Position numbers and translations under genes: made by a program. A DNA stretch of 64,000 nt, taken from NCBI GenBank assembly GCA_043228905.1, contig JBHGNT010000003.1:2790001-2854000 (forward strand). The letters are read 5' to 3'. Position 1 is the stretch's first letter. Each line of letters begins with the position of its first letter. Below the pieces are notes generated by a model, which was not told the DNA's origin, did no database searches, and saw only the letters and a program-made list of their open reading frames with translations. Positions 40,273-51,391 of the stretch are shown here, piece after piece. The DNA comes from Azolla caroliniana (lineage: Eukaryota > Plantae > Polypodiophyta).

Positions 40273-40907
40273 CCTAAACGGCTGTGTTCAATATAAATGG
40301 CGCTGGTGGCGGAAACAACCATCGAGGTGGAACATAATTCCACTTTACATCTTCCCCTGTTGCATCCAACAAAATAGGAATGGTTGACCAGACTCTTCTA
40401 AGTCGCTTTCTTTTCCGGTTAGGCCCATTTCCACAACCCTTATAGCTATCATATTCACCTTTAACTATATTTACCAATAATTCCCAGAAAGTTTTAACCC
40501 GTTGTTGTTTGAGACCGCAACAATGGGTTATTTCTCAATATGTTCAAAATGGATCAAATGATGCGATGGAGATATTGTTCCCATTTTTACGTTATTGGGG
40601 TCTACAACACAGTTGGAATATGAGTAATGCTTTCATGTTTGATAATAGACATGGGGTAAAAGCATGTATAAAGAAGCTCAAAGGTATTCTCATGTGGAAT
40701 TTTTGGATGTTAGAGCATGTGGGTATCATTTCCTCAAATGTTTATTCAGGGTTTTAATAGCATTACAGGTCGTCCTTCTCCCTACATACGCATATGATAG
40801 GTAGAAGAGACTAAGATGTGTTGTACCTAAGTGGATTTTACATACAATTAATATAAAGTGTATGCTTTTACCGAAAAGGGAGAGAGGGAGAAAGTGAGAG
40901 AGCCTAG

Positions 40908-41157
40908 ATGGATGTAGCTCAGTTGGTAAGGTTGCCCAATCGAGACCAGCTGGTCATGGGTTCGACCCTTATATTTGACAATGGCATCTAGTGAAATAGA
41001 GACTTATATGAAGTATATAATAGAGAGATGGTAATGATAATGATAATAATAAATGATATACTATATAAAGAGAATATACAAGAAAGAACAACTTAGAGGC
41101 TTAGGACTGGCTCACCCATGTAACATAAGGTCATGGGTTTGAATCGTATTGGTGCCA
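40908..41157 (+). other. two tandem tRNA-derived (SINE-like) modules
   Basis: A box TAGCTCAGTTGG (40915) and B box GGTTCGACCC (40959); second degenerate copy GGTCATGGGTTTGAATC at ~41129-41145; stems do not fold as a full cloverleaf. Confidence 0.6.
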
Positions 41158-41164
41158 AATCTTG

Positions 41165-41870
41165 CCATATCATAGGCTATATAGATTCTTCTTGAGTAGG
41201 CAAATTAGATGTTCTTGTCTTGATGCCATAAAGCCTTTCGGTTGTTCCATATAAATTTCTTCCTCGAGGTCACCATGGAGGAATGTCGTTTTTACATCTA
41301 GTTGAATCAACTCCAAATTCTCTGTTGGCACAATGCAGAGTAGGAATCAAAGGGTTGTCATTTTCACCCCTGAGGAAAAGATCTCGTCGAAGTAGGCGCC
41401 ACATCAGAAACCCTTCGAGACTAATCTGGCCTTATACTTGGTACATGCAGAATACGACATCTCTTTGACTCGATAGACCCATTTGCACGGAATAGCATGT
41501 TAATTGTGCGGTAGTTCAACTAGGTCCTATGTTTTATTTTGCTGGATGGAGTTAATCTCCAACTCCATCGCTAATTGCCACTTGGCCGAATCGGCGCATG
41601 CCGATGCTTCTTCATATGATGTCAGCTCAACGACGTCCATAAAGAAGATTCTAGGAGAATACCTCTCTAGAGGCTGTGACAGTGTTTCGGCTCTTCTTGG
41701 TAAGACTAGGCTAGCCTGATCGGGTGTTTGGGTCTGATGGTCCAAAGTCGAATCATTCAACAGTGTCGAGTCAGGCAATGCCAAGTCAATGCTAGAGGAT
41801 TCGACTGCCCGTGAAATCGACCTCGAGTTATGGGTTGGGTCGTAAAGGGTTGGTACTTCGAAAAACATTA
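41165..41870 (-). mobile_element. Ty1/copia RT fragment
   Basis: Minus strand: ELTSYEEA...KWQLAMELEINSIQQNKT, ARLVSKGF, LDVK, FLHGDLEEEIYMEQPKGF, LKKNLY. Confidence 0.88.
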
Positions 41871-42049
41871 GTAAGACACTGAGTGAAGAAATTCATAAAT
41901 AAACATTAGATATCTAATGTATTGGGACAACTCGTGAGTCATGACACACCTCATTCCTTAATAGAGAGTCGAGACCCCCATAATCTTAACAACCATAAGT
42001 TAAGCCTCTCCCTAATACAACAATTGAGCATAATGTCTTTATTGATGAA

Positions 42050-42785
42050 TTCTTGCTCCCTTTGACTTTGGGTCTTTTTGGAATGACACTTCTCCGTTTT
42101 TTGAGGATACTTGTCCCTTTTTTAAACATTTAACCTTTAAAATACAAGTATCAAGGCTCTTGTTCTAGATGGGCAACAATCATATGAGAGAAAATGGAAA
42201 AAGGAAAAAGAAAATGGTGCATTGAAAAGTAAGTCACATTAATAAGAATTCAGAAACGTATATTTTTAATGTAGGACCACCAGATTCACTATGCTACTAA
42301 ACTAATTTTTGGTGTAGCAATAGGATGTTTGATTGATGGAAAAACCTTAATCCTCTAATATGAATGCATAGCTTTAGAATCCATACCATAATCAACATCT
42401 CATAGTACTAAGTAGACCCACCCGATCATGACATATTTGTCTTTGTAACATTTACACTAGTTTAATTAGTATCTCTTGGCATGATCATTGACTACTTATA
42501 TACACAAAAACTCAGTCATGATCACGAAATTAAAAAGAAGATGATCCCTTGAGTGGACACGTTACATTGTACGGGAATTGATTAAGACATATCGAAGAGA
42601 CATTTGATCTTTATGGAAAATGAAATGATTACTGGCCCCATACATATGCTTATGTTATTCTTATCTCTGTCTTTCTAAATAGATGAATGGATGCGCCTAT
42701 GTTCATGGGGTTCAGGGATAAGGATATATGGCTTTTGCTCTTCCACATCTGATTACCCATGTCTTTCCATGAATTCCTTCACAAC
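42050..42785 (-). repeat. inverted duplicate of 60606-61490, headed by a short DUF247 internal fragment (KEFMERHG..DVEE)
   Basis: GTGAAGGAATTCATGGAAAGACATGGG on minus near 42755-42782 and on plus at 60608; collinear flanks (CATTTCATTT.CCATAAAGATCAAATG). Confidence 0.8.
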
Positions 42786-42954
42786 ATTATTATTGTTATT
42801 AACAGTGTTTCCATACATTGTTTACGGATTTCAATTGACAGCCTTTTTTTCTGAGATTGTTCGTGTTAATTTGAGACCTACTTCTAATCCGGGCTGTATT
42901 AAGCATGGGTTGAGGAACCTCCTTGCACTAGGACTGATACTTCCACAATAAGGT

Positions 42955-43455
42955 ATCAAGAGAATATCAACAAGGAAATGCCTCCTAGCCATAAAAACCG
43001 TCCGACTGCAGAACATCACCAAAATAATTTCAATGAAGATGAATGGAGCCACTACATGACAATAAAGATCGAGAATGCTTTTCTCGATGCTGATACACAT
43101 AAGCCCACAGAAATTTCGATGATTTCAACACCTCACCAAGCATTGTTGGAGGTGAAGCCACTCTCATATTGCCCTGAGATCCTCACCATTGGACCATTGT
43201 ATATACAAAACCTTGGGGAGTCTCCTTTAGACCACCGCAAGGGACTATGCGTGAAGATATTCATGGAGAGGCATGGGCTATCAGATGTGAAAGTGCTGAT
43301 GCAACGTCTCATCCCCGACTGGAATGACCTAAACTCCATCTATTTCAATCTCCCCAAGTATAGATTTGAGTGCCTCCAACTTATGGTCACCATCGATACC
43401 GTCTTCATTCATGAATTGCTGCTGTTTGTATGGAATGAGTGTAATTCCCAATATT
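42955..43455 (+). pseudogene. DUF247 5' half, truncated and fused to a duplicated module (43455-44735 ~ 31670-33185)
   Basis: ENINKE...LLEVKPLSYCPEILTIGPLY...LCVKIFMERHG...VTIDTVFIHELL, then a switch to TTTTAAGGTGAT(T/C)GATATCC shared with 31677. Confidence 0.88.
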
Positions 43456-44660
43456 TTAAGGTGATTGATATCCAATATTTTACTACTGTAAATGGATTTC
43501 CATAGACACATGCAAAAGATTTAATGAATGAAGGGAATATCAGTAGTGGCATTGTGAACTACCAAATTTAGTAAAGCTGGTGGAAGTATCTTTAGGATTA
43601 CGTGTAATGATAAAAAAGTAACATCGTTTAAGCAAAAGGTAAGAGACATGGATATCTCCCCCATTATCTGCTCATTGTGTACAAAAGGTTCTAATCGTGT
43701 TGATTTGAGATGGACATTACTTACTTCTTCTTTTAGGTAACTTATAACTAATACAATCATAATGAAATGTTGTTATTGTGCTATTTTTCAATAATTTACC
43801 AATAATAAGTTCTTTGATAATGCTACGACAAAGCTATTGGTTGCTCACACTTTATGTCAAGTCTCACAATGCCCATCAATAATAACAATACAACAATGAG
43901 GTTAATACCACATCATCATATCATGCGAGACTTTTAATATACCTAAGCACAAAATTGACTAACATGATTGTCAACTCCACTCACAACCCTCAAGACATAA
44001 GTAATGTTAGCTCCATAGACACCCTTCAAAGACCACATTTCTGCATTATTATCCTTTGCTCATTGTTGCAACTTGCATCTGCACATATGTTGTTTTCAAT
44101 GGACCCCTTTTTTAAGTGTGTTACTTGGATGTCAATGACTTAGTCTTGACACCCCAAAAGTTTCTCTTTTGTTTTGTTTTTCTTATCGAATATCCGTCAT
44201 CAAGTACCCCTCCTTTTTCCCTTTCTCGTGTTCTACTTGAAAATGCACAACTTTGATTTCCTAGGTTAAATGTCACATCTTGTGTTTAGACCTACCTATT
44301 TAACTATCTCTTTATCTATAATTGGGTTGCTACATAGGTAGATGTTATCATTGTGCTCCGCAAATGTGACCTCCGTATGTGCACGCATTAGGATTGTTCA
44401 AGCCTGGTATGTTGTAGAAAGATAAACAATCATGGGATACTTCAATCTATTTTTGTCTTTTTAGTCAAACCACAGAGTTTCTGCACCTAACATGGACAAA
44501 AACAACAAATTTGAATACTTCTTCGGAGTCTTTAAAGCTCCTATAAAGAGCAACAAATAGATTGTGAATGATCAACAGTTCTTGGAACTATCTACTCCCT
44601 AAAGAAAACTATCTACTCCATAAAGAACTATACTCATTCTACAGAGAGTAGATCAAGTTC

Positions 44661-44735
44661 ATGGAACAAGAACAAAAGGAAAAGAAAAAGAAGAAGATGA
44701 TTGATGATGACGATGAATAATGCTTCCCATGGGAA
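44661..44735 (+). pseudogene. DUF247 MEQ-type start fragment
   Basis: ATGGAACAAG...AAGAAGATGA...ATGAATAATGCTTCCCATGGGAA preceded by the MEQ upstream module; frameshifted and truncated. Confidence 0.75.
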
Positions 44736-44898
44736 GCCGATCTTTTCAATCTTAGGCTATTTCCAAAAACCCTAGCCTACCTTCTCTCTTTCCATGTTAA
44801 TTAGTTCACATATACACTATATATATACATATACATATACATAAATATACATGTTAATTAGTCTATATGCATCACAAAAAAGGACACAGTAACAACTT

Positions 44899-44953
44899 GG
44901 GCCCACTAAAAATAGACTTCACCTCTCAAATCAAGAAGCATACTTGGGCCCAC
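44899..44953. promoter_or_regulatory. two GGGCCCAC (TCP-type) motifs upstream of gene 2; one equivalent copy upstream of gene 1 (22142-22149)
   Basis: GGGCCCAC at 44899 and 44946; same AACAACTT..GGGCCCACTAAA context in the gene 1 promoter; GTGGGCCC is a known TCP binding consensus. Confidence 0.45.
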
Positions 44954-45234
44954 TAATTAGAATCGAATTGCTTCCTATGGGAAAATGGCATAGTTCTTGG
45001 CTCCACACAAATGCTGCTCAAGCAGGGGATTCCCCACATTCGCATTCTTATCTCTCACTCTCCTTATCATAGATAGATAAATAGCATATAGAACTTCTTA
45101 TCATCTAAGGGCAGGATTAAGTAATGGCGATGCATAAAAAGAGGGCTGGTATTACTTGACCTAATCCTACAAGAAAGTAGTCAAAATTAGTGCTCCATAA
45201 TAGGAGGAGAAAGAAAAACAACCTTACAGTATCA

Positions 45235-46635
45235 ATGGATGAATGGAGACACTACATGAAGGAGAAGATCAATCATGTTCATGCCCCCGTGTCCAACGAA
45301 AGTTGGATGATTTTGAAGCCTCCCCAACATTTGTTTGAAGTGAAGCCAGACGCATATTACCCTAAATTAGTGACAATTGGTCCATTGTATCAAAATCTTG
45401 GGCCTTCCCCTGTTAATAATTATAAGGCACTATGTGTGAAGGAATTCATGGAAAGACATGGGATATCAGTTGTGGAAGACCTCATACAAGACCTCATCTC
45501 CGCTCAGCCACATGAACTTAGCCACATCTATAATATCAACTCCCCCCAATATAACATTGAATGGCTCCAACTTTTGGTCACTGTAGATACCGTCTTCATT
45601 CATGAATTCTTGTTGTTTATCTGGGTGTGCCGCCCTATGGAAAGATCTGGATACTTTTCCACTTTCTACAATAATGACCATACACTCTGCGTGCGACTAG
45701 AGAGGGATTTGCTGTTGATAGGCAACCAAATTCCCATGTCATTTCTGAAGAAGATTGCTAACAATCAAGACTTCTCATTGGCTGATCTTGAGAAAGCCAT
45801 GAGGGAGTTCATTGTCCAACTTAATCCATTCTTCTCTAGCCAAGCTTCAAGGAGTAGATTCTTAGAATTTCTTGAGTCGAAAAACATAGAATTGATAGAA
45901 ATTTGCGACCATCTACTTCATTCCCTCTATTTTTCGTGCACTGTCAAAGAAGAAGAATCGGCGAGACAAACTAATTCTGAAGAATCCATGAGAATATCTG
46001 TTTACTCATGTTTCTCACCTCTGAGCAAATTGTGTGCGCGCAAAAAGACAAAGAAACTAGAAGCTCACAAAGAGGAATATGTTAGCCTCCCCACAGCGTC
46101 CCAACTCTACAAAGCCCGCATCCGGTTCAAGGCTTGTGAAGGTAACATATCGGTGATCAAGTACGACAAGAGGAAACGTCGGCTCCATCTCCCGCGCCTT
46201 GTAGTGTTTGACGACACCGAGATTCTGATGAGGAACCTCATTGCACACGAAATAACTTCCGCAAATGGATATGTGTTTTCGATGTATGCGAACATCATGG
46301 ACATGCTCATCGACACACCAAAGGATATCGCGATCTTGAAAAAGGCCAAAGTCATAGAGAACCACCTGGGGAACGACGAGAGGTTTGCTAACATGTGGAA
46401 CAGCATGTGCATCAATGTGCCCTATCATGACAACTCCGACAGATGGGTGCAGATGATTCATGATATAGTGGCCCACCATTCATCCCGTCGGCGTCGCTGG
46501 TATGCAGAGTTTCGTAAAAAGTTCTGTTCTCGGCCATGGTTACTGGCCTCATTCCTTGCCGCATTTCTGTTGCTCTCCGCTACGATATACCAGGCAACCT
46601 ATTCAGGCATAGGTTATTACAAACCCAAACATTAA
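45235..46635 (+). CDS. DUF247 / UPF0481-family protein (gene 2), 466 aa from first ATG; closest paralog of gene 1
   Basis: Open frame from 45190 (GTG), first ATG 45235; motifs YYPKLVTIGPLY, DLLLIGNQIP, LPTASQL, MRNLIAHE, LIDTPKD, IENHLGND, SRPW + TM helix. Confidence 0.92.
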   Translation: MDEWRHYMKEKINHVHAPVSNESWMILKPPQHLFEVKPDAYYPKLVTIGPLYQNLGPSPVNNYKALCVKEFMERHGISVVEDLIQDLISAQPHELSHIYNINSPQYNIEWLQLLVTVDTVFIHEFLLFIWVCRPMERSGYFSTFYNNDHTLCVRLERDLLLIGNQIPMSFLKKIANNQDFSLADLEKAMREFIVQLNPFFSSQASRSRFLEFLESKNIELIEICDHLLHSLYFSCTVKEEESARQTNSEESMRISVYSCFSPLSKLCARKKTKKLEAHKEEYVSLPTASQLYKARIRFKACEGNISVIKYDKRKRRLHLPRLVVFDDTEILMRNLIAHEITSANGYVFSMYANIMDMLIDTPKDIAILKKAKVIENHLGNDERFANMWNSMCINVPYHDNSDRWVQMIHDIVAHHSSRRRRWYAEFRKKFCSRPWLLASFLAAFLLLSATIYQATYSGIGYYKPKH

Positions 46636-48659
46636 CCCGACCTTAAACACTATGACAAAAATAAAGAAGCCCGCTGCTCAACACAATCAAGTATATGTTC
46701 ACCTTTGTTTATTCCTTTGGTACTTCCGTTTGATTTATTAATTTAATTATTTCCCATTATTTATGTATTTATAGTCCAGATTGGCTAATGAAATTGTGGA
46801 AGATTATGTACTTATGGTGATTCGTTTTCATGATTCATTGCATTAATGGAAATAGATATTGTGGGAGTTTAAGTGGTCACAATGAAGTACTGACGCACAC
46901 TGTTTTCTTCTTCTTCTTCATTATCTTCTTCCATATCCCATGTTCATCAAATTACCTACAAGTTGAATACGATGGCAATGAAATTGATTGATTCTAGAAT
47001 GTCCAAATCAACCCGAATGCCATTACTAGTTCAGATTCGTGAACATAATTTTTAGAATAATAAATCACTTCCGCCAAATCCATTTAGTTTGTCCTTCATA
47101 TCTCTCGTTTCAAACAATTACTAGAAACTTTGTTCTAATACCCCCCACCACCAAATTGCAACAATTGATTGATGGATGATAGATTTGAAGGATTGGTTAT
47201 CACAATCGACAAGACAGGAGGAATGGCTATTGATCTTAAATTTCCGTTTTGTGATATGCGAACGGCTATTGATTGCCAAATTCCATTTTGTTATATGCTA
47301 TGAAATGGATATTCACGGGTATAACCAAAAATTGTTTAGATACACTAAACTATTGCTTGGATGGATACACACTATCCCTTGAATCATAAGGTTACACAAC
47401 CTTATGATCATAGCCAGATGTAATTAAGGCTTTGTATGAAAAAATTCAATTGACGAGACATGGCATCTTCATTGCTCTACCGACATGTACTTTAGCCTGG
47501 CCTACTCAAAACTTTTGTGTAGCTCCAAACCTCCACTCATTATCAATAGCGCCCTTTAATTTCACGTATTGACTTTGTCCACAAATTCTTGCTTTTCATG
47601 AGGATTTATTGAGCATCCAAAATCGAATCCTGCTTTTTATCCCCTAATGTGACAAATTATATTTGATGGTCTTTAGAGTTTTCCCCGACATTATTTACAG
47701 ACTTTGAATAACACCATTTCTCTTAAATTTCACATTGTATGAAGTGAAGAGTCAATTCCTCCATTTTTACTCAAATTGTTGGCCTTCGATTGAGAACATT
47801 TAGACTCCTTGGATTGGTCTTTTATTTTCAACCAAACTACATGGAGACATCTTAACCGGATATTAATATTTAGAAGAACACTTGGATATTAATATATTGA
47901 TTTGATCATATTTTAATATCTTCAAATATCATGTGATTTCAATCAAATAAATATTAAAGTCAACTAGTCAATAACTTTTTCCAAAAAGGCATAATTTCAT
48001 AAGTGGAAATAATATAGAGGTCAATCGTCAAGGTGACATCAATGTTCCATTTTGCAATCATGAATGTCATAATTATAGTGATTAAGTGTCATTCAAATTG
48101 TTTTATATTCAAAAGACAATGAATCATTCTAATATTTTTATGAGACATAATAGCATAATATTTATTTCTATTAATTGGTTTGGAGTTGTGGAGCTGGCCC
48201 TCCAGAAATGGGGTTCGAGATTTCGATCATGAGCTACCACCAAGTTGCATTACATAATGCCAAAGAGAAAAAATATTGAACATGAAAAATAAGACAACTC
48301 ACCCTTTATCAAAATTATAGAAAATTGAAAGTAGCTCAACATTAACATTGCACCACAAGGAATGAACACTAGTAGAAAAATCTATGACATGGGATAAAAA
48401 CATTATTTGGCATTACATTATTAGTGGTTGTTTAAACATAAAATCTATATCCCACAAAACCCCCATTATTTGGGAAGAAAGAAGTTGAATCGAAGACTTG
48501 TGAATGACTAACAACATGAGTATACAAAAACATGTCTTAAGCTGAAAACTCATATATATGGACTAGATCTGATTTATCTCAATCGTTGGTCATCTTTAAC
48601 TCTAGCCTTGGATATTCCTTTGTCTTAAGGAGCTTATTGAAGAACGTTCTTAGTTGGGT

Positions 48660-49170
48660 ATGGTGGATCCATGAAGACTCTATGGTGGAAAGTTTTCTTT
48701 ATTGATGTATACATCTTTTGGTGATATCCATGAAGATTCAAGGGAGGACATTTTTCTATATTGATGTTAACATGTTTTGGTACGATCCACAAATCCTTGA
48801 GGGCGGAAGTCTTTCTATATTCATGTCGTGACACAGTTTGGTGGGATCCAAGAAGAGTCCAGGTTGGAAGTCTTTCTATATCAATGGCGTAACATGTTTT
48901 GATGGGATCCAAGAAGAGTCAAGGGCAAAAATCCTTCTATATCGATGGCATAATACGTTTTGGTGGGATTCAAGAAGAGTCAAGGGTAGAAGTCTTCCTA
49001 TACCAATGTCGAGACAGTTTGGTGGCGTCTAAGAAGAGACAAGCGTGGAAGTCTTTCTATATTGATGTCAACACATTTTGGTGTCAAAACTTCCATCCCG
49101 GACTCCAAAAATGTCTTGACATCCATACACTTGACTTTTCTTTGATGCCACCAACCAAAATTTGTTCACA
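48660..49170. repeat. minisatellite, 7 direct ~60-bp units plus degenerate inverted remnants, upstream of gene 3
   Basis: Units resembling GGTGGGATCCAAGAAGAGTCAAGGG..GAAGTCTTTCTATAT.GATGTC...ACA.GTTTT at ~48662, 48720, 48779, 48840, 48901, 48962 and 49021. Confidence 0.85.
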
Positions 49171-49379
49171 TCAATACATAAACACTAATAGGCGTATAAA
49201 AAGAGGAGTGCATGGTACTTTGAACATCTACAAGAAATTTATCAGTTTAGAAGAAGAAAAAGAGGAAGAAAGTATAAGTTCAGAAGTAATAGTAGTAGTA
49301 GAAGAAGAAAAACAAAATCAGTTTAGGAGAAGTAGTACTGTTGGTGGTGGTGGTAGTGGTAGTAGTAGTTGTTTAACAG

Positions 49380-50921
49380 ATGGGTGAGAATATCAACAAG
49401 GAAATCGTAGTTACAATCCACCCCAATGGGGCTGCTGTGCATCCATATGAACCCATCCCTCCTAACCACACAAACCACTCCATTGGGCAACTCGGAGCCC
49501 AATCCAAATGGTGGGAAGAAATTACAACAAAAATCAATAAAATTGCTACTGCTCCTGATACATGTCCATCCAACACGAAAAGCGGCCGGGATAATGTGAA
49601 GATTTCGATTCCTCCCAAAAAACTCTTGGAAGCCAAGAAGAAACCATATTGGGATGAAAACCTGACCATCGGACCATTGTATACAAATCTTGTGACCAAA
49701 TCCTGTCTTGATGACTGTAAGGTACTATGTGTGAAGAAATTTATGGAAAGACATAAGAAATCGGATGTGGCACAGCTCATAGAATACCTCATTCCTAACC
49801 CCCTTGATCTTAACAACCATTATTCTAACCTCTCCCAAGATAACATCAAAGATTTCCAACTTCTGGTCACAGTTGATACCGTCTTCATTCATGAATTCTT
49901 ATTCTTTTCGAGCACTGCACGTTCATATTGCCGAGATAAGCAACACGAGTTCTTACAGAGTTTCTTCAGTAACAAAAGTAAATGCAACCAAGAACCTATT
50001 ACAAGTACTGACTACTTATACGATTTCTTCAACAATGACTTTAAATGTAACCCCGTATGGAGGAACTTGTTCTTGATGGGAAACCAAATTCCCATGTCCT
50101 TTCTAAAGAAGATCGCAGAGTTTCCAAACAAAAATGAAGTCAATGTGGAAGATCTCCAGACAGTATTGGTTGATATTGTTGTGAGAAATTGTCCATTCCC
50201 CATGGGCAATAAGGATTGGTTCACAAATATTCCAAATCCGATTTTCTTTAATTGCAAGCATCTGCTTGATTGCCAATATGTTTTGGTCACACAAGGATTA
50301 CATGAGCCCAGGAAATCCCCGCAATTTCAAGACCATTGGTCGACGAATCAAGGAGCCTGCAGGCTACAGTCTAAACATCGTGACCGCCTGCCAACAACGT
50401 CTCAACTCTCGAAAGTCGGCATTTCGTTTCAGGCTTATAAAAGTGGCACATCAGTGATCAAGTATCATAAGAAGAAACTTCAGCTCGATCTTCCACGGCT
50501 TGTGGTGTATGAAGGCACGGAGGATGTGCTGCGGAACCTCATTGCCTACGAACAAACATCCAAAGAAGGAGGTGAGTTTACAATGTATGCTGTCATCATG
50601 GACTCACTCATTGACACAACAGAGGATCTAGCAATCTTGACTAAGGCGCGGGTCATAGTGAACCACCTCGGGAGCGATGACGAGCTGGTAAAGATGTGGA
50701 ACAACATGAGCAAAAATGTCACAATTCGATCATGCAAACGATGGGACAATATGACGCGCAATGTAGTGAAGCACTATCGAGACCCTTTGAGGTCCATGTA
50801 TGTGGAGTTTCATGAGAAGTTTTTCTCTCGCCCATGGCTGACGATATCGGTCATTGGTGCGATCCTCATCCTCATATTGACGTTATTGCAGACTGTCTAC
50901 ACGATCTTAGGCTATTACTAG
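49380..50921 (+). CDS. DUF247 / UPF0481-family protein (gene 3), 513 aa, intronless
   Basis: LTIGPLY, VTVDTVFIHEF, LMGNQIP, KHLLD, RLPTTSQL, LRNLIAYEQ, MDSLIDTTEDL, NHLGSD, FSRPW + TM helix + QTVY. Confidence 0.93.
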   Translation: MGENINKEIVVTIHPNGAAVHPYEPIPPNHTNHSIGQLGAQSKWWEEITTKINKIATAPDTCPSNTKSGRDNVKISIPPKKLLEAKKKPYWDENLTIGPLYTNLVTKSCLDDCKVLCVKKFMERHKKSDVAQLIEYLIPNPLDLNNHYSNLSQDNIKDFQLLVTVDTVFIHEFLFFSSTARSYCRDKQHEFLQSFFSNKSKCNQEPITSTDYLYDFFNNDFKCNPVWRNLFLMGNQIPMSFLKKIAEFPNKNEVNVEDLQTVLVDIVVRNCPFPMGNKDWFTNIPNPIFFNCKHLLDCQYVLVTQGLHEPRKSPQFQDHWSTNQGACRLQSKHRDRLPTTSQLSKVGISFQAYKSGTSVIKYHKKKLQLDLPRLVVYEGTEDVLRNLIAYEQTSKEGGEFTMYAVIMDSLIDTTEDLAILTKARVIVNHLGSDDELVKMWNNMSKNVTIRSCKRWDNMTRNVVKHYRDPLRSMYVEFHEKFFSRPWLTISVIGAILILILTLLQTVYTILGYY

Positions 50922-51391
50922 TGGAATCTATAAATGAACCCTAGAGCATGTGACAAGGAAGCTAGCTATTTTAGCCCCATTAGAGGAAATTTAACATTAA
51001 AAGAAGTACAAGTTTAGAAAAAGTATAAAAAAGGATTTCCCCTCCTCTTGTTCTCTACATTTATTTCATAAAAGTAAAATTGAATGTCACTAAATAGGCC
51101 CATAAACTTTGTTGGGCGAAACCATTTCTAAGGGTCATAATATACTTTGAATACCACAAACTAATAAATACTTATTTGCACATTTGAAGATCTATTTGTC
51201 ATTTTAGCATGAACCATAAATCTCTTCTAACATAATTCTTAGCACCACTTGTACAAATGTTGCACATAGATAATCGACATCATTAATGGGTTGATCTTCC
51301 CAGAGGTGATATTTGAGGTCAAAACGTTCGCCCAACACTTCTCCTCTCTATCCATTTTAATCTCTACTAATAGAAATATGGAGGTATGGAC

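Noticed and set aside
40908-40980. functional tRNA gene
   Set aside because: A and B boxes are present but acceptor and anticodon stems do not pair; kept only as tRNA-derived.
45190-45234. GTG start for gene 2 given by the ORF track
   Set aside because: Eukaryotic gene; the first in-frame ATG is at 45235.
48190-48250. GGGTTCGAGA B-box-like motif
   Set aside because: No convincing A box or tRNA-like stems nearby.
48660-49090. CRISPR-like regular array
   Set aside because: Whole ~60-bp units are degenerate copies with no unique spacers; eukaryotic context and no cas genes.
48899-49387. 162-aa ORF upstream of gene 3
   Set aside because: Translation of the minisatellite plus GAA/GTA/GGT simple repeats; TTG start.
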